A stretch of DNA of 63,235 bases, filler included, from Platydemus manokwari (lineage: Eukaryota): assembly GCA_037951405.1 (NCBI GenBank). It is 6 parts of 6 records of this genome, joined end to end, with 100 filler letters (N's around TTAATTAATTAA, not from the genome) between each part and the next. Parts side by side here need not be neighbours in the genome. Positions count along the whole stretch, not along the records: positions 1 to 13,968 come from JBBMOY011561411.1; positions 14,069 to 24,364 come from JBBMOY011147438.1; positions 24,465 to 33,476 come from JBBMOY011314316.1; 3 more parts are not named here. The stretch is one strand, 5' to 3'. The notes under the pieces are model-generated. The model saw only the letters and a program-made list of their open reading frames with translations. It was not told the DNA's origin and searched no databases. The translations under genes were made by a program, and so were the position numbers. Positions 13,268 through 26,810 of the stretch are shown piece by piece; the stretch's first letter is position 1; each line of letters starts with the position of its first letter.

Positions 13268-13968
13268 ATTCATTGATAATATTTTTAGAAATAGTATCAA
13301 TTTTTCTAAATAAATAAAATCTTTTCAATATTATGATAAAACCTTATGAAAAATCAAATTCTTAAAAATGAATGAGTATAAGTGTCGAATTTGCGATACA
13401 ACTTTTAAAATCATTCGAGCTTCAAAAGCCAAACTAGCAAAATATATTGCTCACATTAATAATAATAATAATTATTATTATTATTATAGAAAATAATTAT
13501 TTAAATTTATGCTCATCAAATTCACTAGAAAATTATCTTCAATTTGATATATGATTGATTGAAATCGGCTCATTAAATTCAAAATTATAAAATATACACA
13601 ATTCAGGCTCGAAACCCTTCGACAATCTATTTAAATAGTTGCTGGAAATAATTAATTTTGAAAAATTACACGAAACACAATCACAATAACAATATTTGAA
13701 AACATATAATCATGTTATCTATGAAATTTTAAATTATCGAGAGAAGAGTAAGTGTTTTAAAAATTTCCCACTAGTCGTATTTGTATATATAAAGAACATT
13801 ATTATCATCATTATATCATTATTTTTACAATATTCATTTGTCCATTTTGTTTGTCGCCAAGATGCTTTCCATCGTTAGGGTGCTTTTCATTATAAAAATA
13901 AAAATACTAGAACTAAAATTAAAAAATAATTCTGTGATAACAGTAAAACAATAATAATAATGATAATA

Positions 13969-14068
13969 NNNNNNNNNNNNNNNNNNNNNNNNNNNNNNNN
14001 NNNNNNNNNNNNTTAATTAATTAANNNNNNNNNNNNNNNNNNNNNNNNNNNNNNNNNNNNNNNNNNNN
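13969..14068. other. Scaffold gap with artificial linker (44N-TTAATTAATTAA-44N)
   Basis: An identical 100-bp block occurs five times. The linker gives stops in all six frames. Confidence 0.97.

Positions 14069-14137
<69 letters not shown>
14069..14137. repeat. (ATT)n microsatellite at a contig end
   Basis: Perfect ATT run adjoining the gap. Confidence 0.95.
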
Positions 14138-14139
<2 letters not shown>

Positions 14140-15119
14140 ATTTTTCATGCATATTCATTAGAGTAAACAATAATTGGGACTTTCTTTTAATACGATTATA
14201 AATAAACTTCTCTTGTGATATAAGTCAGATGATAATTATCATTATTTCATAATTCTTTCTCGTTCCTTTCTCATTGGGCATTGTTGATGTAATTCACCAT
14301 CATTAACAATTTTCTAATTTCTTCAATGTTGGATGCTTTGAAACCCATTGGTTTTGTTATCCCATCAAATTGTCAAGTTATTGTTTATTTTATAAATGGC
14401 ATTCATATCTTATTGTAATAATTTTATACAATTATTTGTTTAAATCAATGAAGATTTATATTGAATAAAGACTTAACCTTTAGAGTTCAATAATCCTATT
14501 ATCGAATCATTTCAATATACACATTTGGGTTTATGGTGTCATTTTTAGAAATAGGAAACAAAATCTGATAACTATTTTCAAAATGTGAGATCACACAGTA
14601 TTATTGTTTATCGATTTAGAGTTTGTTACACATTATGATGATGATGCTATGATATATTAATCATCTCTTATGATTGTTACAATATTAATGGAATTCTATC
14701 ATTCCATCATTCAATGCAGCATTATCTGAATCTATCTTTCAAAACTTTTCCACAATTGTTATTCGTTTTTATTTTTATTATAAATTCTCATTATCTGATA
14801 AACAATAGATTTATTTATTATTTAGATCATATCCTGCAACATACACAAATCGATCTTTTGGTGCCGATATTTTTCAGTACGACACTAATCAGAAATTATT
14901 CATCCACAGTAAATGGTACCAAATCGAAAAATATTGTTTTGGTGAGTGTTTTAAAAAATTGTTGTTTTATTATATTGGATTTAATTATTTCAAAAGATAA
15001 ATAATTTTCAAGTGATTTTAAAACCAAAGAAGTTAGATAATTGATTTGTTTTAATATTCGAAAAAACTTATGTTACTTTTGGAATAATAAAATTTGGTGG
15101 AAACAAACAATACTTTTAC

Positions 15120-15580
15120 TGGCGACCACACCGAGAAATGCTCTTACGAAGGCCAAAAGAGAAGGAGGCAAAAAACTTTGCAAATCTGCAGTGAAAAACT
15201 CAGCAGTTATTGATTCCGAAGCCATCGTTCTTTGATGCATCAATCCAAGATGTTGAAAAATGGTTCCAGACATCCAAATGATTTTGCCACATTTAATAAA
15301 ATGATATTATCATTTGCATTTGACAATCTGTTGAGAGATGACCCCAAGCAACTGTGGTAAGAATGCAGTACTTTTAAAGAAGCTTTTTCAAAGGAAGAGA
15401 TTGAGAAATGGTTTTTGGAAACTTTCTCAGATACCAAAACAGTGTATGACAAGGTTTGTGATTTGGCAGCAATATGGCAAAGATAAGATGAAAAGTACCG
15501 CAGTTATATACTTCAGGTAAAGAAATAAGTGACAGAGGTGTTTGATAAGAAAAACACTCGTGAAAAAATTATATATATAA
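15120..15580 (+). mobile_element. LTR-retrotransposon remnant: primer-binding-site-like motif followed by decayed gag
   Basis: TGGCGACCAC at 15120. Then PKPSFFDASIQDVEKWF...FDNLLRDDPKQLW...TFKEAF...WQR*DEKYRSYILQV, with stops and frameshifts, resembling a retrotransposon gag domain. Confidence 0.5.
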
Positions 15581-16994
15581 TAAATAGAACTGTAAAGATT
15601 TATTCATCGACACATAGTAACTACGCATTTTCATTGTCATTGTTTCTAGATATTCGTGTTCATCTTTCTCCCTTATTGTTTGCTGTATACATTTTAAAAC
15701 ATATCCATATCCACAACCAAACAAAAGCATCAAAATTTCCATATATTACAAAAATATTATTAAAATAACAGTTACCAAATATTTACTATCTTTTTTAATT
15801 AAAGTTCGTCCAACATATCGAACGAATAATATGTATCACAACGGCGGTAACGACGTCATGTAATATAAATCATTTCTGAGTCTAGAAAGATTTGTCAGAT
15901 AGAGATTTGATGTATTATTGTAATGTTGTTTTAAATGACCTGAAAAAGTCATTCGTGCTGCTACAATGAAATAAACTGGATTTTTGGAATTATTTTCAGT
16001 AATCTAAAATACTGTAGAATTACACCGATACTGATGGAAATGAAGCATGCTCGTTTCACTTCTATTACTTAGTTAAACCGATGCTGCCAATCGATTTTTT
16101 AAGGCACAGTGACATTGGAAGTAAATACAAATCATTTGCAATCGAAGTTTTTGTAAATTATATAGGAATTTTTTTCCAACAAGCCAAGAAAGTAAAAGTT
16201 TAACCACACTTTTTTGTGTGATATTAAATAAATAATTGGAGTTTAGAAATGTTTTGATGATCCATTTAGTAGTTAACCATGATCTTGATTATCGATTTAA
16301 ATTGGTATTTACCCGTTTCGTCTGTAGAACAATAGGGATTTTCAAATCATTTATCTTTTGAGGTTATTATCGATAAACAGATTATAAAAAGATTTAAAAA
16401 AATTTTAAATATAAATTCAGATCTGAAAAAATATTTGGAAAATGAATATTTTTCTGCATAAGTGGTTTTATTAATTTAGTTCTTTTAATTTAAATTACGA
16501 TCTGATATCGATATTGATACAGTTAAATAAATTGGGATAATAACATAACTTTATTTAAACAATCATTGGATCAAAAAACAAACCAGCTGTGAAATAGTTA
16601 CATTTTAATTATCTACCAATTAGAAGATTTTATAATTTGATTTTTTGATTGAGGAAAAACTTGACCTTTTTGAATGAAAAGAAAATCGATTATTTAATAA
16701 CTTTAAGACAAGGATAACCCAAAAATTATATGGTACAATGGGTAAATATTGATATGTATGTGAAATAAATAATTCAAACATGCTTCTTAGAATATTTAAA
16801 TCAAATTTTGGCCAATGAACGATAATGTGATTGCTAGAATTCAATTTCTGATATTCATTAATCGTATTTTCTAAAAATAAAATCAAAACCTCGAATTTAT
16901 AGATTGTATTTAACTGATATTTTAATAGGCGTTTAATGATCATTTAGGTTTTTATAACAGATTCCTTTCATCATATAATCTATAGAGAATTTGG

Positions 16995-17215
16995 TTAATG
17001 TTGACAATAGAGGTTCTGAAACAAAATTTTTAATTTGTGAAGTGTATTGCAAAATTCTATATAGTTTATTTAACTATATTCTTAGAAAACATCTGGAATT
17101 TTATATTTAAGTATTTAAGAAAACTGTTAATTGCTTAAAATCATATATTAAGTACATAAAAGCATCAAAATCTAATAGAACTTGGTTATTTGAAAAGTAG
17201 GTCGAATTGCAATTT
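16995..17215 (+). repeat. Single copy of the roughly 208-bp repeat unit found in tandem at 24070-24364
   Basis: Shared gaagtgtattgcaaaa(t/a)tctatatagtttatttaa and downstream ttatttgaa...gg segments. Confidence 0.75.
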
Positions 17216-17514
17216 ATTGAAAATTAGAGAGAACCCCCTTTTAACATTAGAAGCAAATAGAAAGATCCTATCAATTTTTACAATTATTTTATAAAAATAT
17301 GCAATGATATTATTAAACATGTCTGTAATAAACTAACTGGATTTATAATTATAAAAATTTAAATTTAAAAACTCAAATAATCATATAGAATTGTTGTGAT
17401 TAGAATGGGATCTAGGTTTTAAAACTATATTTGGTTTCTCTCTATTCGACATCTTAAGAAGTGAGGTATTAACCAAATTATACAAATAAATCAAACGTCA
17501 TAATTATATATCAA

Positions 17515-17745
17515 ATTACCTCATGTTCGAAAATTCATCATTACGAAAGTAGGTCAAAAGACCACTTTTTAACTTAAGTCAAGTTTTTTAAATTATAAAT
17601 CGAGTTAATTAATGACAAACTAGCTTAATAATCTAATATTACTTATTTATGTAAAAATTTAAAGTCATTAAAGTGTGTCATGGGCGAAAATTCATTACTA
17701 CAAAAATAGGTCAAAGGGCTCTTTTCTTAACTTAAGCCGATAATT
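17515..17745 (+). repeat. Tandem duplication with a period of about 158 bp
   Basis: tcatg..cgaaaattcat..tac.aaa.taggtcaaa...ttaacttaag occurs at about 17521 and about 17679. Confidence 0.65.
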
Positions 17746-19703
17746 TTCAATATGTGTATTCCCGTTAATAATAAATGGATAATTTTGAGTCATACATAGT
17801 CATTATTCATATCTTTTGAAATCAATATAAAATCGATTTCTTCACTAATAAAATAAATGTTAATCGAATAAAAATTTTTAATATTTTTCCAAAAGATTTA
17901 CATTATTTACTGACAATTATTGGCCTTATTTGCAATATAAAAATGAAAAAAAAGTCATATCAAGAAAGTAACATCTAATTGGAACAGGATCATATCAATA
18001 AATCGTTATTTGGAAATTGTCATTGACAAGAAAGGATTTATTTCCTGATATAATTTTCAAATGAGTTCTTATAAATTAAACTGAAATCAATTTATAATCA
18101 GTGAAGTTTTTTTTTCTGTCGTTTTTGTCGTCTGATTTATTTGAATTGCAACCACTTCAATTATCTGACTGCCCATCAATGAAGATTGCAGTGTATACCA
18201 AAAAATTTCAAACCAAACCTATTGACATAAATAAAAAATTTTAAAAGAGAAAAAACACAAGTTGTTTAAATAAATCATTAAAAAAAACGCGAATAATTAG
18301 ATGATAATATATTCGGAAGTATTGATTTTTCGTGAATAAAATCGATTGTGTTCACTCGACAATTTTTAACGGTACCAACAATATTAAATTCGTATGTCAA
18401 AGCAATGTTAATTTCCACTCTAAAAGGCCGATTTAATATCAAGACATTATATTAGATACATTGTGTGTAACTTTCTGGATTGGAAAAATCCAATATTAAT
18501 AGACGACTAATATAAGCAACGACTAATATAGCATAAATGTTTGGCCATAACTAATAATAGTCTTGATATAGTCGTAATGGTATTCATAACCATAGTAGTA
18601 TTACGATAAATATATTATTAAAGATTTTAATAAAAAATGATTAGTGATAAAAATATTTTCACCATTAAAAGAAAACTTCATATAATTATTTCATTGGAGG
18701 AAATATTTTCTATTATTAATGTTATTTTCACTTTAAATGTTTTCAATTGTAAAAAAATATGCTGATCAAATTATTTTAAAACCTTATGAGTTATTTTTGC
18801 TTTAAATAAGAATTACTTATTAGACAATAAATTTAATTTAATTAATCGTTGAATAATTCGAGATTTTAAATGATACTGTGGTGGCGAGCTAATTTTGAGT
18901 TACAAAAATCATCAAACAATATTTATATGTTTCGATTCTATGATAATTTCTTAATATCTTGAATTTTAAACGTATATTGAATTAAAATGTCGGCAACGAT
19001 TATTCGGAATGAATTCAGTTTAAGGTTTTGACAATGGTAACAGTGATTGATGATTTTATAAGTGTTTTAAACCTACATGAATATAACTCAATAACAAAGT
19101 TTCCATTGATTCAGGGAAAACAAACTTCAGTTAAATGGCAAGTTGTGGTTACTGTGAGTCAAAAATGTTTCCAATATTGGACTTTGAATTATTAAAATCA
19201 TGTTAGAATGTAATAATTATTTTTATAGCTCAAAATTTAAAAAAATGACAAAGTAAAACAATGTAAATTCGAAATTAAAATTTTAATAAGCATTTAATAT
19301 TATAAACTAATATATTTTAATTAAATTCCTTTATTATAATCAAAATAAGGTTTTATTTGTCATAAATATAAAGTTTTTATTATCGTCATTTTCATCCGAA
19401 AAATTTCAAAGAGGTTGTCTTTGACATGCTGGTAATAAAAGAAAATTGTCAATGTCAGGTCTAAATAATTAAAATATATTGTCCTAAATATACTTTGATT
19501 TCTTCATATAGCCAATAATAAATAATATTTCAGTCCTTATAACATTTAAGCGCAGTGGGGTTTGAAACCCCAGTTACGTAATAAGTATGAAAATGACAAA
19601 TCAAGAAATAAAACAAACATCTAAATTAAATATTACAAAAATAAAGAAACAATTTTCAACAAATTTATAAGCAAAAAAAAATTTTATTCGAAACTGTCTA
19701 TAC

Positions 19704-20175
19704 TTTAGTGGTTTTCAACCTCAACATTCCGCTGGCTCGAGGAACAACTATGCAATAATTTAATTGTTTAATGCAGAAAACATCATTTATTTTTTCAAAT
19801 GAAATAAAAGTATTCATGTTCAGATTATTGCACATGTTTGTTGATGTAATGAAAACAAAACTGTACATGTTTGAATAGACTATATTTATTCTTATCAAAA
19901 ATTCACTGGGAAATTTGAGCTTGGTGTTTATTTGTACAACTCCTTAAAATTCGTTCGTGTTTTTGACAGACACAGATACGAAGTTCACCTTCCATATACA
20001 GCAATTGTGCTCGTTTCCTGTTTTTGATGGTCATCGTAGCGCTGTCTGGGCAATTGCAGGACATTCCTTTTCAACCAGCAACCAAAATATATAAAAGCAA
20101 ACCTAACAGTAGTAGGACAAACTGATCTTTCAAATGTATCGAGTTTAATAATGTTAAATTAAGTATATTTAAACA

Positions 20176-20216
<41 letters not shown>

Positions 20217-20390
20217 TGATGATAATAATAATAATAATAATCATCATCATAATGAAATAATCAAAATAACAAAATAGATTTTCGAAATTGAATTTAACAT
20301 GTTGTTCATTTGTTTGTTGGTCTAATTTAGAAATTTAGAAATTGCGGAACCCCTGGAGTGTAGTGGTGGAATCCTGATTGAAAACCACTG
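19704..20390. mobile_element. Internally deleted hAT (Buster-type) element
   Basis: Ends (t)AGTGGTTTTCAA...TTGAAAACCACTG. Perfect 8-bp TSD GTCTATAC at 19696-19703 and 20391-20398. An internal minus-strand FWLLVEKECPAIAQTAL is a hAT dimerisation-domain motif. Contains an (AAT)n tract. Confidence 0.85.
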
Positions 20391-21674
20391 GTCTATACAT
20401 TCGATTTTCAGTCCAAAAAAATCAGGAATCTTATTCCTTGTTGAATATAATCATTATTTTTAAAGGGATTAATAATTAAATTGTATTTGTAGCTGGGGTC
20501 TTGGGAAAATGAATCAGCCACATTTAAACATCTATTTCCATTTTTAATCGGACTGGAGTCGCTATTATACCCAACTCCAGAATCCTAAAAATCCCAATGG
20601 GTATGGGACTTCCTACAAATAAACTTATTAATGCAATTGTGTTAATTATCGTATTTCATGTCGCAGATTTCCAATTTGATAAAAAATTGAGTTATTCTCA
20701 TTTTTATTTTAAGATACACACGGTGACATTTTCATTCTGCATTGCATTTTAAACCAACCTGCGAAATACATCACAAGTTTAAATACATAATGATAGGTAA
20801 TATTAATAAAGCTGTTATAAGTAGAGATAATTATTCATAATAGATTTAATTATTATATTAGTTGATGATAACTAATTTAATAGAGTCGTAATATATATGT
20901 AGGGAATATTTTCTCATTTATTTTTCTATATAAAACAAAGTGTTTTCCTCGTAAAAGAATTGTGAGATCATCATCATCATCAATAAATCTGCAATTCATC
21001 GCATAATGTTATCGAGAAACAAAAGACAACATGATATCTATCAAATGATTTACTCTATAAAGGTGTTAATGAAATGATTCTAATTATTGTATTCCCATAA
21101 CACATTATCAATGCCATTTCCATTACATCATCGACTTGTTCGATAATATCAAACATGTTTTCTCGATTTATTATCCATGTGAGAGAGAGAGAGAAACAAA
21201 AATATTGATTCAAGTTTAGTTTTTTTTTGTTTATGAGATATATTTTTTGATTTCGTTCAACAAAGATATTTACGAAATAAAAATTTATTATTTGAAAACA
21301 AAATAACTCATTTACACGAATGACAGAATCAACATCAAATGTTTTTTCTTCAATTTTCATCAATAGAAACATAATGAATTGTCGTGAATATGTTCGAGTG
21401 ACTTTTTGAAATTATTAGAAATTTTGTAGAAAAACGACCAGGTGTTTGCAGAAATAAATATTTGCTTAATTACAGCGGGTATTAAAAATATAGTAAATAT
21501 TCATTTCATTTGGATTTTGATGAATGATTATTATTTAATATTGTATTTCTTAAAAGAATTTGGGCTGTATTGAACTATAAAAATTTACTGGGGGTATTTT
21601 ATACTATTCCGATTGGTTTTAATTGGATACACAAGTATGACACAAAGTGTGACACAAGCAACGCAACATCTGAA

Positions 21675-22165
21675 TTTACAATAAAATATATGTGAGATAT
21701 TTCAAATTAATTAAATTTTTATTTCAAATTTAATTCTAATTTTATTTAAAGTCATATTTGGATAAAATTAATTTTTTTTGTTTAAATATTTGTATATAAA
21801 TAAATTATTGGTGTCTTGACTTTTCAGTTCGTTTTTAATGTGCGGTTTTTAAACTAAAAGCGGCTAATAATATACATTAGGTTTTTATTAATTAGGTTTT
21901 TTGCTTTTAATTACTTTAGCATATTACTGTAATTGGTGTGTTAGCTGCTACTATTTTAAAAACCACACACTCAAATCAAACAAAAAAAAGTCAAGACACA
22001 ATCAATCTATTTTAAATCCAAATATTTAAACAAATATTTCTAATTTTACATCAATTTAATTTTTATAAAATTAAATTAAATCTGAATAAAAATATGAAAT
22101 TAAATTGTTTTGAATTAAACTAAAATTTAATTCATATAAAATATCTCACATGGTGCATTTGTAAA
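21675..22165. mobile_element. About 490-bp foldback (whole-length palindromic) MITE-like element
   Basis: Nested inverted pairs: atgtgagatatt/aatatctcacat, tgtttaaatatttg/caaatatttaaaca, gtgtcttgacttt/aaagtcaagacac, gtgcggttttt/aaaaaccacac, agcggctaa/ttagctgct. Confidence 0.8.
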
Positions 22166-24069
22166 CAAGAATTTAACGGCTCTAATTCTTGCTTCGGTTG
22201 AGTCTGTTCATCATTAACGATGAAATATAAGCCAAAATTTTGCTTTTGAATTTAATTTAAGATTAACGTAAACGATGAATAGATAAATCAGAATATAGAT
22301 ATTGAATGATCTTTAAATGAATAATTGGAGTCATAATATAATCGTTCGAAGATTTAGCGTTACTTATGTCACACCCCGTATTAATCTAAAATCGGATGTT
22401 GTATAAACATTAAAGAAAATTCATATTTATAAATTGGCTTAATCATAAAAAGTCAGTACGGTCGGTACAACATTTTAATAAATATCTTAAAATAAAACGT
22501 TTTAGTAAATCAGTCTTGCATTCAATTCTTTTCTCAGAGGAAAATTATTTTTACAACTCAAATAAGAAAGAAACTATCATTAGACAATGAATTCCAAATC
22601 TAACAAGAACCTTTAATAACTAAACCAAACATTGATACCATTTTAAACAAGATCATCAAAATTTGATTGGTAGGATTCGATAATATTAAAAATGTACCCA
22701 TATCTTCATTATCGTGAATTACTGTGGATAATGAACAGGATCAGATCGACAACTAACAGTAGAAGACAGAAAGTCTTTCATCACACATTACCGAAAGGGA
22801 CAGCTAGAAATCTCTGTTGAACTTGTGTATATGATTTACTAAAAGGAGGATTAGCGAATCCTGTAGCAGTCGACAATATATGTAGAGAAGGCCTTGATTT
22901 ATAATGTAGCTACTCGCTAACTAAAGAAACTAGTTTCTTAAGAGAAACAATCATGAATAATTCAGAAAAGTTACACTTTAGAGTCTGTCGAAGAAAAGTT
23001 GGTAGCCTTTTATTGAAGAGGGAAACTGATATAATGTATGTAAAAACAAGAACCCCGGAAAATCTAGTTCAATAAATGTTTTTAAATATTATATGTAATG
23101 TATAAGCACAAGAATATTAGTTCCAAAACAAATTACCATAGTTACATCAAATAAAGTGTTGTTAACGCTTCGAAATATATAAATTAATTAAAAATAAAAA
23201 TTCCTGGTTTAATTATAAAAACTCAGATAATATATTTCCAATATCATTGTTAATAAAATATTCAAATCATCAATTTATTAAAAACATAATTGATTTTTCA
23301 GTACCCTTAACATTGATAAATCCATATTTTTCTTACACTTGAGTTTTATATTGAAAATGAATGAAAATAAATTAGAAATTCACGAGTGTCTATTTCTGCA
23401 GGTGGTCTTATTGGGTATATGTATTGGTCTCGATTGTAGTTCTCAATATTTCTCAAGAACATCTAACAAATTTCTGTTTTCATGAAACCCATTGGCGTTG
23501 ACACAAAATCGTCTGTGTCACATAATTTTATCCATGTTTTATGAATAACAAAAATAAATGAGTTGTTTTTTATAACTCGTATGAAAATCACCACCATAAA
23601 CTTTCACTGACATTAATCCTCATCTGTTGAGAATATAAAATCCCAAAACCACCGGAAATACTCCCAAATCAATTAACGGATGATTGGAAAAAAAAATACC
23701 AAATGCAAAAAATTGGCTTCTCTTTGTATGAATGCTGCTCGTTGTATTTAAGTAATTGAAGTTACCAATTAGATAATGTAATTTTATTTACTTCAGAATA
23801 GAGAATTGAATTTAGAATTGAATAGTCTAATGAAATATGTATCATTCTTTTTGTAGAATATGTTCAATATTTTATAATTTGTTTTTCAGAACCAAACACA
23901 TAAATTTAGTTAAAATAATTGAATCTATGAGGTTGATTTAAAAATTTTAATATGTAATTGTTTTCTTTATTAATTGGTGTTGTTTCTTAGAATTAGATTA
24001 TTTCGATCCAAATTTATTGAAATACACCCGATTAATGAGATAAAATTCCGGGATATTTTTAAAATTTTA

Positions 24070-24364
24070 GCTAAACTTAGGAAAAGAGGTCCTTAAGTAA
24101 AAGTTTAAATTTGATGAAGTGTATTGCAAAAATCTATATAGTTTATTTAATTATATTCTTTAAAAACATTTTGAATATTCTATTTAACTATTTCAGAAGA
24201 ATTTTTGTTGTTTAAAATCAAATAAGAAATATACAAGAGATTTAAAATCTTCTGAAATTTGATTATTTGAAGAATGGGCTAAAGTTAAAAAAAAAGGGTC
24301 CTAAAATAAAATTTTAAAATTGTGGAGTGTATTGCAAAAATCTATATAGATTATTTAATTAAAT
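24070..24364 (+). repeat. Tandem repeat with a unit of about 208 bp, running into a gap
   Basis: gtgtattgcaaaaatctatatag occurs at about 24119 and about 24327. The array is cut by the gap. Confidence 0.8.
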
Positions 24365-24464
24365 NNNNNNNNNNNNNNNNNNNNNNNNNNNNNNNNNNNN
24401 NNNNNNNNTTAATTAATTAANNNNNNNNNNNNNNNNNNNNNNNNNNNNNNNNNNNNNNNNNNNN
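24365..24464. other. Scaffold gap with TTAATTAATTAA linker
   Basis: 44N + linker + 44N. Confidence 0.97.
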
Positions 24465-25327
24465 CATATATAATTAATAACATTATATATAATTATATAA
24501 TTAAGAATATTATTAATAATATTAATACAAAATAATATATTCGAACTGCCATCTAATTTAAACACCATCGATGTAGGCAAATAAATGTCTTTCCATCAAA
24601 TCCACCGTTTCACAGTCGGTAGAATAACGAAATCCGAATGAATTTAATTACAAAACATTAAAATTATAACCAATTTCATATTAGTTTTTTAATCATATCT
24701 AAGAGAAAGAAATTATTTTTCAAATTCTACACAAACTGATTTAATTAATATTCTGTTTTGTTTTCGTTTGAGAAATGGGATTTCCTTTTTCGTTCGAAAG
24801 AATAACGGGAATATTTGTAATTAATTGATTTATTTAGTGGTCTATCAATGAATTGAAATTCTAATAATCATATTCATATCATTCTCAAACTATTCTCAAA
24901 TTAATCTTTGAAAAATCATCACAAATCGAAAACATTAAATTATTTGTAATTGGATTAATTATTTTTCTTTTATTAAACAACAATTAGATATAATATGATT
25001 GGAGTTTGTATTAGATGGATGAAAATCGATGATATAATTTATAGAAAAACCGACAAATTAATTTATATATAATCAAATAATTTATATATAATTTAATAAT
25101 AATCAATGTGTTATAATAATAAATTCAGTGACAACTAAGTCTGAAGTCATTTTGAAATTGATTTACTCATTGGAAACTAGAAAACAGATAATATTTAATC
25201 AAGCCATAATTATTTGTGATTAATATTATCTCTAGGGAATTTATTTAAAAAAATTTAAAGCTATTTTTGGCGTTTTTTTGAATTTGTATTTGTTTAAAAT
25301 ACCGTGTTTTTTGAATTTTTTATTACC

Positions 25328-26810
25328 ATGAAGAAACTGACTTATGAAGACAGGTTACAAATTGCAAAAATTTCACAAAGAAGGAAAGATGTCAGAAAGG
25401 GAGCTTTGTAATAAGTATTAAACTAGTAATGGAACTATTTCAAGAATTCGAAAAAACAACCGAAAAATTAATATTCTTGATGAAGAATGTAAGGTAAATA
25501 ATAATTCATCAAACAATTTTAGTGATTTAAATAAAATGGTATACGAAACTTTTTTAAAATTAAGAGAAGATATTTACGTAAATGGAACAGTAATTAAAAT
25601 GATTGGAAAAAAGTGGGTTCGAAGATGCCTGTTAAAGATTTTTGTGCGTCTAGCGATTGCTTAAATAGATTTAAATCAAGACATAAGTTGTTGTTCAAAA
25701 ACATCTGTGTTGAAACTAAATCTGCAGACAAATCTGGTTTAGATGAATTTCACTCTGCATATGATGAATACGTGTTAGAATATAGGCAATGTAACATATT
25801 TAATTGTGAAGAAACGACGTTATTTATAAAAAATCTTCCATCTAAATCTTTTGTTGAGAAAAGTGACAATTGTAATAGAACAAAAAAATCAAAGAAAAAA
25901 TTACTTTATTTTTGTGTTGTAGTTAAGAAGCCGAAAAGCTAGAACCACTTATTATTGGGAAACATAAAAAAATCCCCGATGTATGAAAATTTAATCTTAA
26001 AGATTTTAGAGTTTTATATTTTTATTCAAAAAACACGTGAATGACAACAGAAATATTTCAAACATGGTTGATAATGTTAAATGAGCCCTTGATTATGAAA
26101 GTGGTATAAGACATTTCAAACTTTCAAAACCAAATTTCCATTTAAAAATGGTAATAAATTTCACAATCATATTAAATGCTTATTTACAGGCCGCTAATTA
26201 ATTGTCAAAATATTTCATTCCATAATACACAAATATTTTTTAATTCTTTAACATGCAAATCCCTTAATATCTCCAAACAAGAAATATATGACTTATACCA
26301 CTTTCATAATCAAAGGCACAAATACTGAAATGATAAAGCAAAACAGAAAAATTGTGCTACGTCTTGATAATGCCAGTTGTCATAAATCATTGGACTGTTC
26401 AAATGTCAAGTTATCATTTTTACCTAAAAACACAGCTTCACTTATTCAACCTCTTGATATGGGCACCATAAAACCTTTCAAAACTTATTATGTAAATACA
26501 TTCATGAATTTTTTTCATAATGATTGCGAATCATTGAATTTTCTTTCGAAATTGAATATACACCAAGACTTGGGAAATGTTAAAGGTTGAAACTATGAAA
26601 AATTGTTGGAATAAAATTAATGAATAACGTAAATCAGATCTTGCTGACATTATAAAGGATGAAGCTGAATAAAATATCGATGAAGTAATAGAAGAAACAT
26701 TTGAAAACCTTGATAGGATTGAAAACATTCAATTTTACAATGGCGAAAAGATTATAAGAAACCAATTGTTAGATTTATATAAGACAACAGAGAATTTAAA
26801 AACAAGATAA
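25328..26810 (+). mobile_element. Degenerate Tigger/pogo (CENP-B-like, DDE_1) transposase
   Basis: MKKLTYEDRLQI (psq-type HTH), FCASSDCLNRFKSRH, IFNCEETTLF, LEPLIIGK, MTTEIFQTWL, RKIVLRLDNASCH, FLPKNTASLIQPLDMGTIKPFK, KNCWNK. Frameshifts and stops present; interrupted by a MITE. Confidence 0.9.
26083..26319. mobile_element. 237-bp MITE with 4-bp AAAT TSD (Sola-like) inserted in the Tigger transposase
   Basis: TIRs GAGCCCTTGATTATGAAAGTGGTATAAG and CTTATACCACTTTCATAATCAAAGGCAC. AAAT at 26079-26082 and 26320-26323. Removing the element and one TSD restores ...WLIMLNTEMIKQNRKIV. Confidence 0.85.

Noticed and set aside
22580-23120. Coding-like tract, possibly gag with a zinc knuckle
   Set aside because: Many stops in all frames and no confident motif.
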